Assembly: GCA_018238625.1 (NCBI GenBank) | Contig: JABCSY010000001.1 | Coordinates: forward strand, 32,001 to 96,000 | Direction: 5' to 3' | Origin: Promethearchaeota archaeon | Lineage (GTDB): Archaea > Asgardarchaeota > Lokiarchaeia > Sigyniarchaeales > SOKP01 | Length of the DNA stretch: 64,000 nucleotides | Shown: positions 37,076 through 47,871 of the stretch, piece by piece | Position numbering within the stretch: the first letter of the stretch is position 1 | How the letters are laid out: each line of letters opens with the position of its first letter | Notes under the pieces: generated by a model | The model's input: only the letters and a program-made list of their open reading frames with translations | Told to the model about the DNA's origin: nothing | Database searches by the model: none | Made by a program: the position numbers and the translations under genes

Positions 37076-38560
37076 TTAATTTTTATTGATTATTTTCAGA
37101 ATTTCTGAAATTGATACTCTCTTTTGATCCATAGTGTCCCTATATCTAAGGGTAACCGTATTATCATCTAAAGAATCGTAATCTATAGTTATGCAATAAG
37201 GCGTTCCTAACTCGTCTTGTCTTCTATATCTCTTTCCAATTGATCCTGCTGAATCAAAAAATGAAGTATTTCGATTGTCAAGTATTTGTTTATGTACTTT
37301 TTTCGCCAATTTTACAATATTTTCTTTATTTCTTACTAACGGAAATACTGCAACGAGGTTGGGGGCAAGTTGAGGATTTAACTTTAAAATTATTCTCTCA
37401 TCTTCAACATTAAAGATAGATTCAAGGAGAGTGTATATAATTCTATCGGGACCAAAAGCAATTTCAAGAATTTGGGGGATTTCTTTTAAATTCGTATCCT
37501 TACTCATTGGAATTTCAAAATTTTGATTTGAATAACTTCCATGCCTTTTTAAATCGTAGTTTGTTCTATCGTGAATTCCACAAATTTCTATCCACCCATA
37601 TTGTTTAGTGTTTATTTCTAAATCCCACGCATCGTCTGCATAGTGAGCCATTTCTGTGGGAGAGTGTTGCCTAAACCTAATAGTGTCCTTCGGAAATCCC
37701 AATTTCGAGAGGAGGTAATCTGCTAAAAATAGACAATAGGCAAAAGCAGGTTTTTTAAGTATACCTGTGTTTATTGCTTCTTCTAGTGATATGCTACTTG
37801 GAATAATTATTTTATTTTCTTGTGAATTCCAGTCCAGTAATGGTAATTTTGTGTTCTTTATTTCTTCAAATTCTTCATAATTCATTTCTTGATCTTTTCC
37901 AATAAATAACTGGATTTCGAATTGTTCGAAAGCTCTCATGCGAAGAACTTGTTGTCTAGGAGATATTTCGTTTCTATAAGCCTTTCCGTATTGGAAAACT
38001 TTTAGAGGGTATTGCTTTCGTGCGTCCTGGTTCAAGCGATTAAACAACAAGTACGTTGTTGTTGCGGTTTCTGGTCGTAAATAAGCGGTAACATTATTCC
38101 CGACCGATGTTTTTAGCATTAAATTGTATTCTTCAATTTTTTCAAACGGAGTATCGCATTTTAGACAAGTAAATCCGTGTTGTTCTATCAATTTGTCCAT
38201 GTCTTCAAAAGATAACCCATCAATCGTTTCATCTGGAAGCTGTTCTTGGAGAAATTTATCGGCTCTTATCATCGTATTACACTTTTTACAGCGGATTACA
38301 GGATCTATAAAGCGTTCTAAATGTCCTGATGCTTCCCATACGATTTTAGGCAAAATTTCAGGACACTCGACTTCACCAAATCCAAAAGCTCGGAGTTCGC
38401 GCCTAAAAATTGAAATTACATTATTTTTTAAAGCTTTTCCAGCCGGACCGTACGAATAAAATCCCGCTAAACCACCATATATCTCTGGAAAAGGTCCCCA
38501 AATAAATCCACGTCGTCGAAGTAATGAATTAAATGTTTCAATATTGTCCTCGATCTTCAT
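37076..38560 (-). CDS. glyS: Glycine--tRNA ligase (archaeal/eukaryotic type)
   Basis: RRRGF, IYGGLAG, LRPETA, RNEISPRQ, MAHYA, SIGKRYRRQDELGTP. Confidence 0.96.
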   Translation of the reverse strand: MKIEDNIETFNSLLRRRGFIWGPFPEIYGGLAGFYSYGPAGKALKNNVISIFRRELRAFGFGEVECPEILPKIVWEASGHLERFIDPVIRCKKCNTMIRADKFLQEQLPDETIDGLSFEDMDKLIEQHGFTCLKCDTPFEKIEEYNLMLKTSVGNNVTAYLRPETATTTYLLFNRLNQDARKQYPLKVFQYGKAYRNEISPRQQVLRMRAFEQFEIQLFIGKDQEMNYEEFEEIKNTKLPLLDWNSQENKIIIPSSISLEEAINTGILKKPAFAYCLFLADYLLSKLGFPKDTIRFRQHSPTEMAHYADDAWDLEINTKQYGWIEICGIHDRTNYDLKRHGSYSNQNFEIPMSKDTNLKEIPQILEIAFGPDRIIYTLLESIFNVEDERIILKLNPQLAPNLVAVFPLVRNKENIVKLAKKVHKQILDNRNTSFFDSAGSIGKRYRRQDELGTPYCITIDYDSLDDNTVTLRYRDTMDQKRVSISEILKIINKN

Positions 38561-38766
38561 TTTTAATCAAAACTTTACATTAATAGTTTTTAGAATTATC
38601 GATAATATTTGTATTTTAAGATTATTCCTTAGTTTGGATGAAGCAATCAGATTTGAGATTATAGTTTTATAATATAAATTTTTATATAACAAAAAGATAG
38701 TATTATTATAATTTTAAGTTATTAAATCAAATAAATTTGTAGAATAAAATTGGTGTTTGATTAAAC

Positions 38767-39621
38767 ATGATTTTTCAAGGGAACTTCCAGTACTTCGATA
38801 TTTGGGACTCAGTAGAGTCGGGCCTTTACTACGCAATAGTAGGTTTTTATTTTCTCATATTTGCATATTTCCTTTTGATGAGATTTAGAACCTCTAAAAA
38901 AATTTATTGGTTATATTTTTCACTATTATTCTTATGTCTTGCTGCTGGGAGAGTTTTTTTCATTATTTATTATTTTTACTTTCCAGAACTTTTAGGAACG
39001 ATGACCAATTTAGAGTTAGTTGGATTACTCATGATACAATATCGATTAGCTACATTTTCAACTTGGTTGGGAATAGCTTGCTTGATGGGCCTTTTTGGTA
39101 CTCTGATTTTTCCTTCATATACTGAAGAAGTAAAGCCATCAGAAAAAGAGGATTTAAAATTCAAAATTAAAACGCTTTTAAAAAAGGATCGTGTTAGAAT
39201 ATCTCTTAAGATCTTATTGATCATCTTCCCAATTGTAATAGGAATGTTCGCACTTACTTTACCGGACTCGCTTTTTATGGATCCAGATTTTAATAAAGCT
39301 CCTTATAGTGTAGGTATTGAATTAATAACAATATTTGGGTACCCCGCAGGTAGATTTGTACTTAACTTTATTCTTTTACCTTTAATGGTAATAGTTATTC
39401 CGATCTTATTTGTATATCTAGCTTTAAAAACATTTGGGGTCCTAAGGAGGTCTTATGCGTTAAATGCGATCGGGTTTTTCATCTATTTTTTCGGAAGAAT
39501 AACTCAAGGTTTAATGGAAACACTTGGGTTTTATCACGTAAGAGCTACTTTGTCTCCTTTATTGATTTTATTAGCATTGCTGATAATTGTAATTGCCAAC
39601 CACTACGAACAACTAAAATAA
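38767..39621 (+). CDS. Polytopic membrane protein (about 7 TM)
   Basis: About seven hydrophobic segments; no soluble output domain. Confidence 0.75.
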   Translation: MIFQGNFQYFDIWDSVESGLYYAIVGFYFLIFAYFLLMRFRTSKKIYWLYFSLLFLCLAAGRVFFIIYYFYFPELLGTMTNLELVGLLMIQYRLATFSTWLGIACLMGLFGTLIFPSYTEEVKPSEKEDLKFKIKTLLKKDRVRISLKILLIIFPIVIGMFALTLPDSLFMDPDFNKAPYSVGIELITIFGYPAGRFVLNFILLPLMVIVIPILFVYLALKTFGVLRRSYALNAIGFFIYFFGRITQGLMETLGFYHVRATLSPLLILLALLIIVIANHYEQLK

Positions 39622-39770
39622 ATCTCTAAATTTTCTTTTACAATTCTTTTTAATCTTTTTAAAAAAAAATTTGAAAATCAATATAAAAAAAATAGAATTT
39701 TTAGTAATGATTAATTAGATATTTTTAATCAGTAATAATTAACCAAATTATAATCGGAAGAGCTCATTTT

Positions 39771-41408
39771 ATGTCAATCCATGGCAATCAGCAAATCTTA
39801 CCCTTATTTACCACCCGTCAAAACTTACCACCCATTAAAGAATATGACGAATTAGCATTAGCATTTTATCTGTTAACAAAGAATTTAAAACATAACGAGA
39901 GTGTTATCTCATTTTCTAGATTATTATGGCCATTTCTTTGTGTCCAAGGTGCTATCGGCACACATATAGTTTTAGATGGGCTCGATGTTTTTTCAAAAAA
40001 AGGAAAGCTTTCTAACCCTCCAAGACAGCCTGTAATTGGGCACCTTTTGAGAAACATTGAAAACCTTACGAAATCTGAGCAATTAAACAAAATAATCGAG
40101 GTTTTATCTTATATTGATAAAGAAGCAGAAGAAATTGGTCTAGGGGAAGATTCAAAATTTCAGAAGTTAAAAATTGACTCTTTAATTAATCCAGAATTTC
40201 TTCAAACTTTAGTAAAGTTATTACCCTTAGTAGAATTCAAGCCTGTTTCAGAGTATATGCCTTTAGAGACGATCTTTACGACTGAACAGGCTTTAGATGT
40301 TGCTGAAAAATATCGAAAAACAATTGATTATATGAAAGGAAATGCTTTAAGATGGGACACTCAGACTGAATTAATTGGAAAAGAAGTAGACAAATGGTTA
40401 ATTGATTTAAACGTTCAATTAAAAGATACTAACACCCGATACTCCTCTCAAATAAATAAGACATCCCAGATAATTGATTCTAATCAGATGAAAGATCAAA
40501 TTGCGTTAGAAGGCGATAAAAGCGATCAATGGAAGGTTAATGAAAAAAGGAAAGTAATTGAAAACATATCAGTATTATTTAAAACAGCTGAAAGGCAACT
40601 AGAAGATATTACTAAAAAGAACAAATTCTATACCCAAAGTGAGATATTAAAGGGTAGGGTTTTTAATGATCTTACTGAACCTTTTGAGAAACACTTCCAG
40701 TATTTGATAAACGAAGGCAATAATTTTGTTAGCATGGTAACTTCACTAACTCAAAAATATGTGGATTTAAAAGACCGAGCGCTCCAAATTGATGTACAAG
40801 CAAAGAAAAAATTGGAGGATTTTGGTTCGTCATTAGATCTTAAGTTAAAAGATAGAGATAAAGATTTATCTGCATTTGAAAAAGAAAAACAAGAAAAAAT
40901 TTCGGAAATTGAGTCTATACGAACAAGGTTAGAAGAGCTGTATTTACAAATAAAAAATATTATTCAAACTAGTAATGGAAATTGTCTACAAGAAGCAAGG
41001 GGCTTGTTATCTTGGTCATTAAACGATAATCAATCAAAATTATTTTCCCGACCAATTCAGTGGATTTACATGCCTTTATATGTTATGTTTATTGAAAATA
41101 AAGATTCAATGGAAGAAAAAATGGATTTAATTCTCCCAGGTATCGTTACAAATGACCCAAATAATATTTATCAAGAAATTTCTGATACAATGGTTAATTT
41201 TAAAAAAACATTCATCGAAAGAATTGAAGAAGACATGGCTTTAAGATCTAATTTTGAATTTTCGAGCGAAAATAAAAATCTAATTGATGATAAAAGTTTA
41301 ACCAAAAAAATCCAGCAAGGAATCTCGATTTTAAGAAGTCGCGCTATAATAAATGATGAAATCGAAAAAACCATAAGAAGTAATTTAAATTTAATATTAA
41401 AATCCTAA
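39771..41408 (+). CDS. Coiled-coil hypothetical protein
   Basis: Long central heptad-rich region flanked by globular ends. Confidence 0.75.
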   Translation: MSIHGNQQILPLFTTRQNLPPIKEYDELALAFYLLTKNLKHNESVISFSRLLWPFLCVQGAIGTHIVLDGLDVFSKKGKLSNPPRQPVIGHLLRNIENLTKSEQLNKIIEVLSYIDKEAEEIGLGEDSKFQKLKIDSLINPEFLQTLVKLLPLVEFKPVSEYMPLETIFTTEQALDVAEKYRKTIDYMKGNALRWDTQTELIGKEVDKWLIDLNVQLKDTNTRYSSQINKTSQIIDSNQMKDQIALEGDKSDQWKVNEKRKVIENISVLFKTAERQLEDITKKNKFYTQSEILKGRVFNDLTEPFEKHFQYLINEGNNFVSMVTSLTQKYVDLKDRALQIDVQAKKKLEDFGSSLDLKLKDRDKDLSAFEKEKQEKISEIESIRTRLEELYLQIKNIIQTSNGNCLQEARGLLSWSLNDNQSKLFSRPIQWIYMPLYVMFIENKDSMEEKMDLILPGIVTNDPNNIYQEISDTMVNFKKTFIERIEEDMALRSNFEFSSENKNLIDDKSLTKKIQQGISILRSRAIINDEIEKTIRSNLNLILKS

Positions 41409-41425
41409 ATCTCCTTTAGAATAAG

Positions 41426-42091
41426 ATGAGTCAAAAAGGAAAAAGTTTGAAGAGGAAACTAGATTTTAAAAAGAAAGCCCTAAGAACTTATTTTTTTCAC
41501 ATTGAAGAAAGCGGTAAAAAGGGTGAAATTAGCAAAATCCAAAAAGAGATTCTCGATCAGGGGATGGTCTATCTCCAAATGAGATTACCTATCAACAAAA
41601 TTACTACGGAATATGAAAATTCCTTAAAAGAAAAGATTGAACATAAGATTTTTCACGCTAATATCCGTGAAGCAACAGAAAAGGACCTTGCAACCGTGAA
41701 AAATATCTATAATAGAGCTTGGTTAACATCTAATACTCCTTTTAGACCTATCGAAAAAGACTCTCTAAAAAAAATATTTAACGCTCCAGATACAGTTTTT
41801 CTCATAGCAAAGATTTACAATATCGATGGGGGATTCATTATTTTAGACTTTGAAGGTGAAAGTCAAGAGTTTGGAGTTATAGCAGGGCTTGGGGTCCTAC
41901 CGCGCTTTCAAGGTAAGGGATTAGGTACAATATTAGGTATGGCGGCGTGGAACTTTTTTAAAGAGAAAGGTTTGAAGGAATTAAGATGTGAAGTTTATAA
42001 GGATAATCAAGTATCTTATAATTTTATTAAAGGATTAAATTTCGAAGAATTTGGAACAAAAGTTTATCGCAAAGAAGATTTTGAGTTATAG
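41426..42091 (+). CDS. GNAT acetyltransferase
   Basis: LGVLPRFQGKGLG acetyl-CoA motif; N-x-x-S-x-x-F-x-x-x-L-x-F. Confidence 0.9.
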   Translation: MSQKGKSLKRKLDFKKKALRTYFFHIEESGKKGEISKIQKEILDQGMVYLQMRLPINKITTEYENSLKEKIEHKIFHANIREATEKDLATVKNIYNRAWLTSNTPFRPIEKDSLKKIFNAPDTVFLIAKIYNIDGGFIILDFEGESQEFGVIAGLGVLPRFQGKGLGTILGMAAWNFFKEKGLKELRCEVYKDNQVSYNFIKGLNFEEFGTKVYRKEDFEL

Positions 42092-42175
42092 TATTAGTAC
42101 TTCATAAAACCTTTTTATTTTTTGATCATTTAATAATACTAGTTGATTAATTCAATTAATAAAATCTAGCATATC

Positions 42176-42823
42176 ATGACAGAATCAAAAATAAGTTTAA
42201 AGAAAAGAAAAGTTCGTAGCTTCATGCTGGCTTTTGAAAAAAAAGATAAAACAGAAGAAGCAATCGAGAACGAATTAGCTACAACGGGAATGGAGTACAT
42301 TCAAATGAAATTACCCGTTGCTAAAATTACGCCCGAATTTGAGGAGATGCTTACAGAAAAAGTGGAGCATAATATTCTTCGAGCCAAGATAAGAGAAGCT
42401 AAAGTAGAGGATTTAGAAAGCATTGCTTATTTATATAACAGAAGTTGGCTTACGAGCTCAACGCCCTACTCTATGATTACAATTGAATCTTTAAAAACAA
42501 TTTTAGAATATCCAGAAACAATAATTTTAATAGCTAGAGTATATGGATCTGATGCCGCATTTGTTATACTAGACTATGAAGGACCTAAAAATGAATACGG
42601 TATAATCGCAGGACTAGGAGTAATCCCTCGTTTTCAACGTAAAGGGCTTGGGACAGTTATAGGTATGGCAGCATGGAACTATTTTAAAAAGAAAGGCGTT
42701 AAAGAGCTTAGATGTGAAGTGTATAAAGACAATATAGTGTCTTACAACTTCATAAAATCTATAGGATTCGAGGAATTTGCTAGAAAAGTTTATAAAAGCG
42801 ACGATTTTGATATTGACTCCTAA
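42176..42823 (+). CDS. GNAT acetyltransferase, tandem paralogue
   Basis: LGVIPRFQRKGLG; highly similar to the preceding gene. Confidence 0.9.
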   Translation: MTESKISLKKRKVRSFMLAFEKKDKTEEAIENELATTGMEYIQMKLPVAKITPEFEEMLTEKVEHNILRAKIREAKVEDLESIAYLYNRSWLTSSTPYSMITIESLKTILEYPETIILIARVYGSDAAFVILDYEGPKNEYGIIAGLGVIPRFQRKGLGTVIGMAAWNYFKKKGVKELRCEVYKDNIVSYNFIKSIGFEEFARKVYKSDDFDIDS

Positions 42824-42852
42824 AATCATTTATTTCTAACTTTTTTCTAATA

Positions 42853-44277
42853 CTATCTATTTGGTTCAGTTTCCTTCAAAGAATTTATTTTCCCTAATAC
42901 AAGATTTTTGTTATATTCGTCTTCTATTTCAGCATAATACTTTTTCGCCCTCTCAAAGTTACCTGAAGCAAGCTCAAACATTTGATTAGAAACATAAATA
43001 TCCCCTAATTTGTTCAAAATTTCTGCAGCCATCTTTGCATTGTTTAAACTTTCAAATATTTCTAAAGCTTCTTCAAAAGATAGTATCGCTTTTTGCTCAT
43101 CTTGGATGTAATCTTGAAAAATTTTTGCGACTTCATATTTCATCTCAGCAATTTTGAGTTTATCTCCAAATTTTTGATATATTTCTGTAGAATAGCTATA
43201 ATGTTCGATTGCTTTATCGTCTTCCCCTTTTAACGAATAAAACTTAGCTATTGTTTCAAAAACTATCCCTTCTTTAACATTCTCTCGAATTCCAAACGTT
43301 CTTATTGCTTCTAAGCTGTTTAATAGGTAATGTTCTGCCTCTGAATCGTTATCCCATAGCAAATGTAATTTTCCTAAATAGAGAAAGGATTCCCATTCTA
43401 ATTTTTTTTTTATAAAAATAGATATTTGGCTTTTTATAGTATCAACAAGCTCTAATACGTTGGTAAAGCTCTGATAGGATTGGTCATAATACTCTTCTCC
43501 AAGGTAATAATATAATTTCCCATATTTTATACGAGTTTGAATGATCCCATAAACATCGTTGGTTTTCGTAAAGAATTCCAGGTTATTTTTCAATATTTTG
43601 GTAACACGGTCGTAATCCTTTAAAGAAATTAGGATTTCAACTAAATTACTTGAAGTTTTAATTGCTTCTAATTCTAGATTTTCTTTTTCGGTTAAATCTA
43701 GCGCTTTTTGATAATATTTGTTAGAGCTTTTTAAATCATTGACTAAATAATAGACATTTCCTAAGTTATTCAAAACTTGAACTTTCTTCTGAATATCTTC
43801 AAGATCTTCTAAAATTATAAGAGCCCTATCAAAATGATAGATTGCTTGATCAAAGAATCCTGTTTCTTCATGAATTATACCTAATTCGTTATGACATATG
43901 ACTGTGTTTAAGAATTCTTTTTCGTCAAGAAAATTTTCTAGTGCCAACTCTAAATTTTTTAAAGCGTTAGGGAAATCTCTTTTTTTATAAAATAAACTTG
44001 CTTTCTTTAATAAGAGATCTCCCATATTTTTTCCTAATCTTTCACTCTCTGCTAGTTGATCTTCTAATTCGCTCAGCTCGCGTTCAGTAACCTCATCGTC
44101 GAGAATGTTGATGTCATAATAATCTTCTTCAAGGTTGTTATTATAAAATGAAGCTTCATCGTGAGAGTCTCTTATATTTAATTCGTTATCAAGGTTCGTA
44201 ATTAAGGGCTTATTACAATTACGGCAATAGGTCCAATGTAGCTCGATTGGCTTCTTACAAAATGGACAATATTTCAT
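42853..44277 (-). CDS. Zinc-ribbon + TPR protein
   Basis: CPFC-x10-CRNC, acidic linker, repeated LG-x-x-Y..A-x-x-x-Y/F TPR motifs. Confidence 0.85.
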   Translation of the reverse strand: MKYCPFCKKPIELHWTYCRNCNKPLITNLDNELNIRDSHDEASFYNNNLEEDYYDINILDDEVTERELSELEDQLAESERLGKNMGDLLLKKASLFYKKRDFPNALKNLELALENFLDEKEFLNTVICHNELGIIHEETGFFDQAIYHFDRALIILEDLEDIQKKVQVLNNLGNVYYLVNDLKSSNKYYQKALDLTEKENLELEAIKTSSNLVEILISLKDYDRVTKILKNNLEFFTKTNDVYGIIQTRIKYGKLYYYLGEEYYDQSYQSFTNVLELVDTIKSQISIFIKKKLEWESFLYLGKLHLLWDNDSEAEHYLLNSLEAIRTFGIRENVKEGIVFETIAKFYSLKGEDDKAIEHYSYSTEIYQKFGDKLKIAEMKYEVAKIFQDYIQDEQKAILSFEEALEIFESLNNAKMAAEILNKLGDIYVSNQMFELASGNFERAKKYYAEIEDEYNKNLVLGKINSLKETEPNR

Positions 44278-44389
44278 TACTGAGTGAACACTCTAAGTAT
44301 TTTATTTAGATTACTTTAATTAAAAATGAAAATTCGTTCATTTATAATTTTTTAAATTGTGTTTTGAAACATGATTATTTTCCAATTTA

Positions 44390-45322
44390 CTAGTTATTGT
44401 TATTTTTCCTAAGGTTTCGATAATTTCTTAGCTCTTTTTCTATTTTTTCCTCATTAAAACCTAATGATTTTAAAAGAATTTTTATTTGAATAACTGAATT
44501 CTTTACTTTAAATTTTTCAGCAGTGCTTAATGCTTTAATATATACTTCTTTAGCATCATTCATCTTACCTTGGTAAACCAAAATCTCCCCAACATATCCT
44601 AATCCTTTTAAAATCAGCTCTATATAATTTGAATCAATTGCAATATTAGTCCCTTTTTTAAAATATCTAATAGCTTGATTAAAATCGCTCCCTCTTTTTT
44701 TAAGGATGCCTAAATTAAAATAAGAAACGATAGTACCCTTGTCATCTTCTAATTCTTTAAAAGCTTTGAGAATTTTTTTGTATAATTCAAATACAACATC
44801 CCAATTCTCTCGTTTTTCATGAATATAAATCAAATTACCTAAACAGTCCAATAAGTTGTAAATATCGTTGTATTCTGAACATAAAGCGCTACATTCAAGT
44901 AAGTTATCACATGCTTCGTCAAATTGGTTTAATTTAATTAGATTGATCCCAATTCCTTTTAAGCAAGTAATTTGTTCTTGTACCTGATTAAACTCTTTAT
45001 AAATTTCATGTGCCATATTGTAATAATCAATAGATTTCTGGTATGCTTCACTTTTGAAATGTAAAATTCCTAGAATCCCATAAACAGCAGCTTTTCCTAA
45101 TTTATCTTTTTGTTTTATGAAATGTTTTAAACAAACTTGTAAATTTTTTTCTGAGTTTGTGTATTGTTCAACTTCAAGTTGCAAGAATGCTAAATTACTT
45201 AATTCTTTAATATATCCTGAGTGTTTACCGTGCTTTTCTAATTCTTTTAATCTCTCTTCAGTTTCTTTAATTAATCTTTCGATTTCTTCTCTTGTTAGCT
45301 CAATTTGTTCTTTAACGTGAAT
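44390..45322 (-). CDS. TPR protein; N-terminus probably extends about 46 codons upstream of the track's TTG
   Basis: TPR repeats; frame open upstream to TGA at 45334-45332, which lies inside a GGTGA SD-like motif; candidate ATT start at 45322. Confidence 0.75.
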   Translation of the reverse strand: MHVKEQIELTREEIERLIKETEERLKELEKHGKHSGYIKELSNLAFLQLEVEQYTNSEKNLQVCLKHFIKQKDKLGKAAVYGILGILHFKSEAYQKSIDYYNMAHEIYKEFNQVQEQITCLKGIGINLIKLNQFDEACDNLLECSALCSEYNDIYNLLDCLGNLIYIHEKRENWDVVFELYKKILKAFKELEDDKGTIVSYFNLGILKKRGSDFNQAIRYFKKGTNIAIDSNYIELILKGLGYVGEILVYQGKMNDAKEVYIKALSTAEKFKVKNSVIQIKILLKSLGFNEEKIEKELRNYRNLRKNNNN

Positions 45323-45368
45323 ATTCTTATTTCACCATTTAGTTTTATTATTTCCTTATGCAATCTTC

Positions 45369-45827
45369 TTATAATATATCTTCTAAAATCATTGCAGAAT
45401 CTTTTACATATTGAAAGCACTTCTTTTCAAAAAAATCATTTTGATCGTAGTAGTCTTTTCCTTCAGGCGTATTGATATCACAACCAAGCAATTCTTTACA
45501 AACTATTGAGCCATGAATTTCTTGAAATCGATTTGAGAATTCTCTTATGACTTGATATGTCTTTTCTCTCGCTTCTGTATCGTCATTTATTCCCATACCA
45601 TATCTTAAACCAATAGCCATAAAAGCCCCAGACACTGCACCACAGGTATTCTGTAACCGAGCCATTCCCCCTCCAAATCCGGTAGATAATCTTAGAGCTG
45701 TATTTCTATCTAATCCATATTGAGTGGTAAAAGAACTTAATATTGATTGAGCACAATTAAAATTTCCTCTAAAGGAAGAAATAGCTTTTTCTATTCCGGA
45801 TATTTCGAACAACTCCTTTTTTTTCAT
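45369..45827 (-). CDS. C_GCAxxG_C_C family putative redox protein
   Basis: NCAQS, GFGGGM, TCGAVSG, CKELL, KC. Confidence 0.9.
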   Translation of the reverse strand: MKKKELFEISGIEKAISSFRGNFNCAQSILSSFTTQYGLDRNTALRLSTGFGGGMARLQNTCGAVSGAFMAIGLRYGMGINDDTEAREKTYQVIREFSNRFQEIHGSIVCKELLGCDINTPEGKDYYDQNDFFEKKCFQYVKDSAMILEDIL

Positions 45828-45924
45828 AAATATTTCAATTTAAATGTATAAGAAATATAAAATTTCTTACCATTATTTAATTAATGAATTAATTGATAAT
45901 TTTTTGACAAAGTACTGATTTAAA

Positions 45925-47025
45925 ATGAAATTTAAAGCAAGATTGTGGGATTCACTGGAAGATAATAAAGTAAAATGTCATGTTTGCGCCAATGAGTGTG
46001 TTATCCTACCCGGAAAAGTAGGAATTTGCAGAACTCGAAAAAATTTTGATGGAGAATTATTTACTCTTATATATGGATCAATGATATCTAGTGGAAGTTT
46101 AGACCCGATTGAAAAGAAACCTTTATATAATTTTTGGCCTGGTGCTACAGCTTATTCGATCGCTTCCATAGGGTGTTCTTTTAAATGCCAGAATTGCCAA
46201 AATTGGAATATAAGCCAGGCAACTCCTTCTGATAACGGTAAAAATGGGTTTTATTCTTTAGAAGGACTAGAAAATCGAAAAATGTCTTTAGTAGAAATAA
46301 CACCAGAACAACTTGTTAAAAATGTTAAAAAAAGCGGCGCTACAACATTGGCATACACATATAACGAACCATTAATCTGGCACGAATGGATATTAGATAC
46401 CACGGTATTACTTAAACAAGAAAATATTAAAACTATTTTAGTCACAAACGGATATTCTACGATAGAAGCTACAAAAGAGTTAATTGAGGTTGGAATTGAT
46501 GCTGCTAACATCGATATAAAATCTATGTCAGATGAGTTCTATAAGACAATATGTGGCGTTAAATCAGTACAGCCTGTTTTGGACACTGCAATAAGATTGA
46601 AATCAAATGGAATTCATGTAGAAATCACCAACCTGATCATTCCAGAGTTGAACGATAGCAACGCTGAAATTGAAAAATTATCTAATTGGATTGTCGAGAA
46701 TCTAGGAGTTAATACCCCTACACACTTCTCTGCTTATCATCCAGACTTTAAGCAGCCTTCTATAAAAAGAACTCCATTTAAAACCTTAGATAATGCTTAT
46801 AAGATCGCCAAAAGAGCAGGTATAAATTACGTATATGTTGGCAATATAAAACACGAAAAAGGAGGTAATACTTACTGTCCAAACTGTAATCATTTAATTA
46901 TAGGTAGAAGCGGTTACAGATTTACTAAAATTGATATTACAGACGCAAAACATTGCCCGAAGTGTCAATACGATTTAAGTAAAGATATTAAAGGAAAAAT
47001 TAGCGGAAAATCCTCTCTTAGATAA
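45925..47025 (+). CDS. AmmeMemoRadiSam-type radical SAM enzyme
   Basis: N-terminal CHVC..C..C, DPIEKKPL, GCSFKCQNCQNW, YTYNEP, YVYVGN, CPNC..CPKC. Confidence 0.92.
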   Translation: MKFKARLWDSLEDNKVKCHVCANECVILPGKVGICRTRKNFDGELFTLIYGSMISSGSLDPIEKKPLYNFWPGATAYSIASIGCSFKCQNCQNWNISQATPSDNGKNGFYSLEGLENRKMSLVEITPEQLVKNVKKSGATTLAYTYNEPLIWHEWILDTTVLLKQENIKTILVTNGYSTIEATKELIEVGIDAANIDIKSMSDEFYKTICGVKSVQPVLDTAIRLKSNGIHVEITNLIIPELNDSNAEIEKLSNWIVENLGVNTPTHFSAYHPDFKQPSIKRTPFKTLDNAYKIAKRAGINYVYVGNIKHEKGGNTYCPNCNHLIIGRSGYRFTKIDITDAKHCPKCQYDLSKDIKGKISGKSSLR

Positions 47026-47073
47026 TATTAGATGTAAACAAAAAAGAAAAAATATAATAAATAATAAAAAAAA

Positions 47074-47745
47074 TTAGAAAATTCCTGAAATTGAAACTCC
47101 TACGACTAGGAGCAAGAATCCTTGGATCAAACAAAATCCTGCGACTATAAACGCTAAAACTGGCCATGAAATTGCCTTCGAAATTGACATTAAAGCTCCA
47201 ATGTAAAATTTTACTGTAAGTGCGACAATTGCAAACACTACAATAAAAATAATTACTAATAGCAACTTTGGATTAATATATACTGCAATTACTTGAACAA
47301 CATGGTCAGGAATAGCCATTGAAGTAACGACGACGACTATAGAGGCTAATAAAATTCCTAAAACGCTTGAAATAGGGAGATCGTTTAATGGTTTTAAAAG
47401 CGTTAGTGTCCCTAGAATGATAAGGAAAACAGAAGTAAATATACTTTTAGTGTCTTGAGTATTAGCCGCGTATGCTACGCTTGGCGCTTGATCGAGAATA
47501 AGCCCACCAACACCGCTAAGTAAACCAAAAATACCGACAACTATTCCTAAATATGTGAAAAATTTCAAGAACTTTGTAACATCGAAGTTCCAATCCTCTA
47601 CCTTTCTATTTTTGACGGACCCTCTTCTTTTAGCTTCGTAAACTGCGTAGACTAACCACATAGCGCCAAGAACTAACGTAAAGAATCCAGCGAATTCTGC
47701 TAAAGGTCTTAAAAAACTTTCTGTAAAATCAAATTGATATATCAA
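47074..47745 (-). CDS. Membrane protein (about 6 TM)
   Basis: Hydrophobic segments; TTG start after GAGTGA. Confidence 0.75.
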   Translation of the reverse strand: MIYQFDFTESFLRPLAEFAGFFTLVLGAMWLVYAVYEAKRRGSVKNRKVEDWNFDVTKFLKFFTYLGIVVGIFGLLSGVGGLILDQAPSVAYAANTQDTKSIFTSVFLIILGTLTLLKPLNDLPISSVLGILLASIVVVVTSMAIPDHVVQVIAVYINPKLLLVIIFIVVFAIVALTVKFYIGALMSISKAISWPVLAFIVAGFCLIQGFLLLVVGVSISGIF

Positions 47746-47871
47746 TAAATTTCACTCTTTTAAATTTGTTATTATGTTGAATATTACTTTTTAAGTATTT
47801 ATATTTCATCTAGTCCAATTTTTAAGATGCATGATATTGAATAAAGTGTAAAAATAAGATTTGTTCTATAA

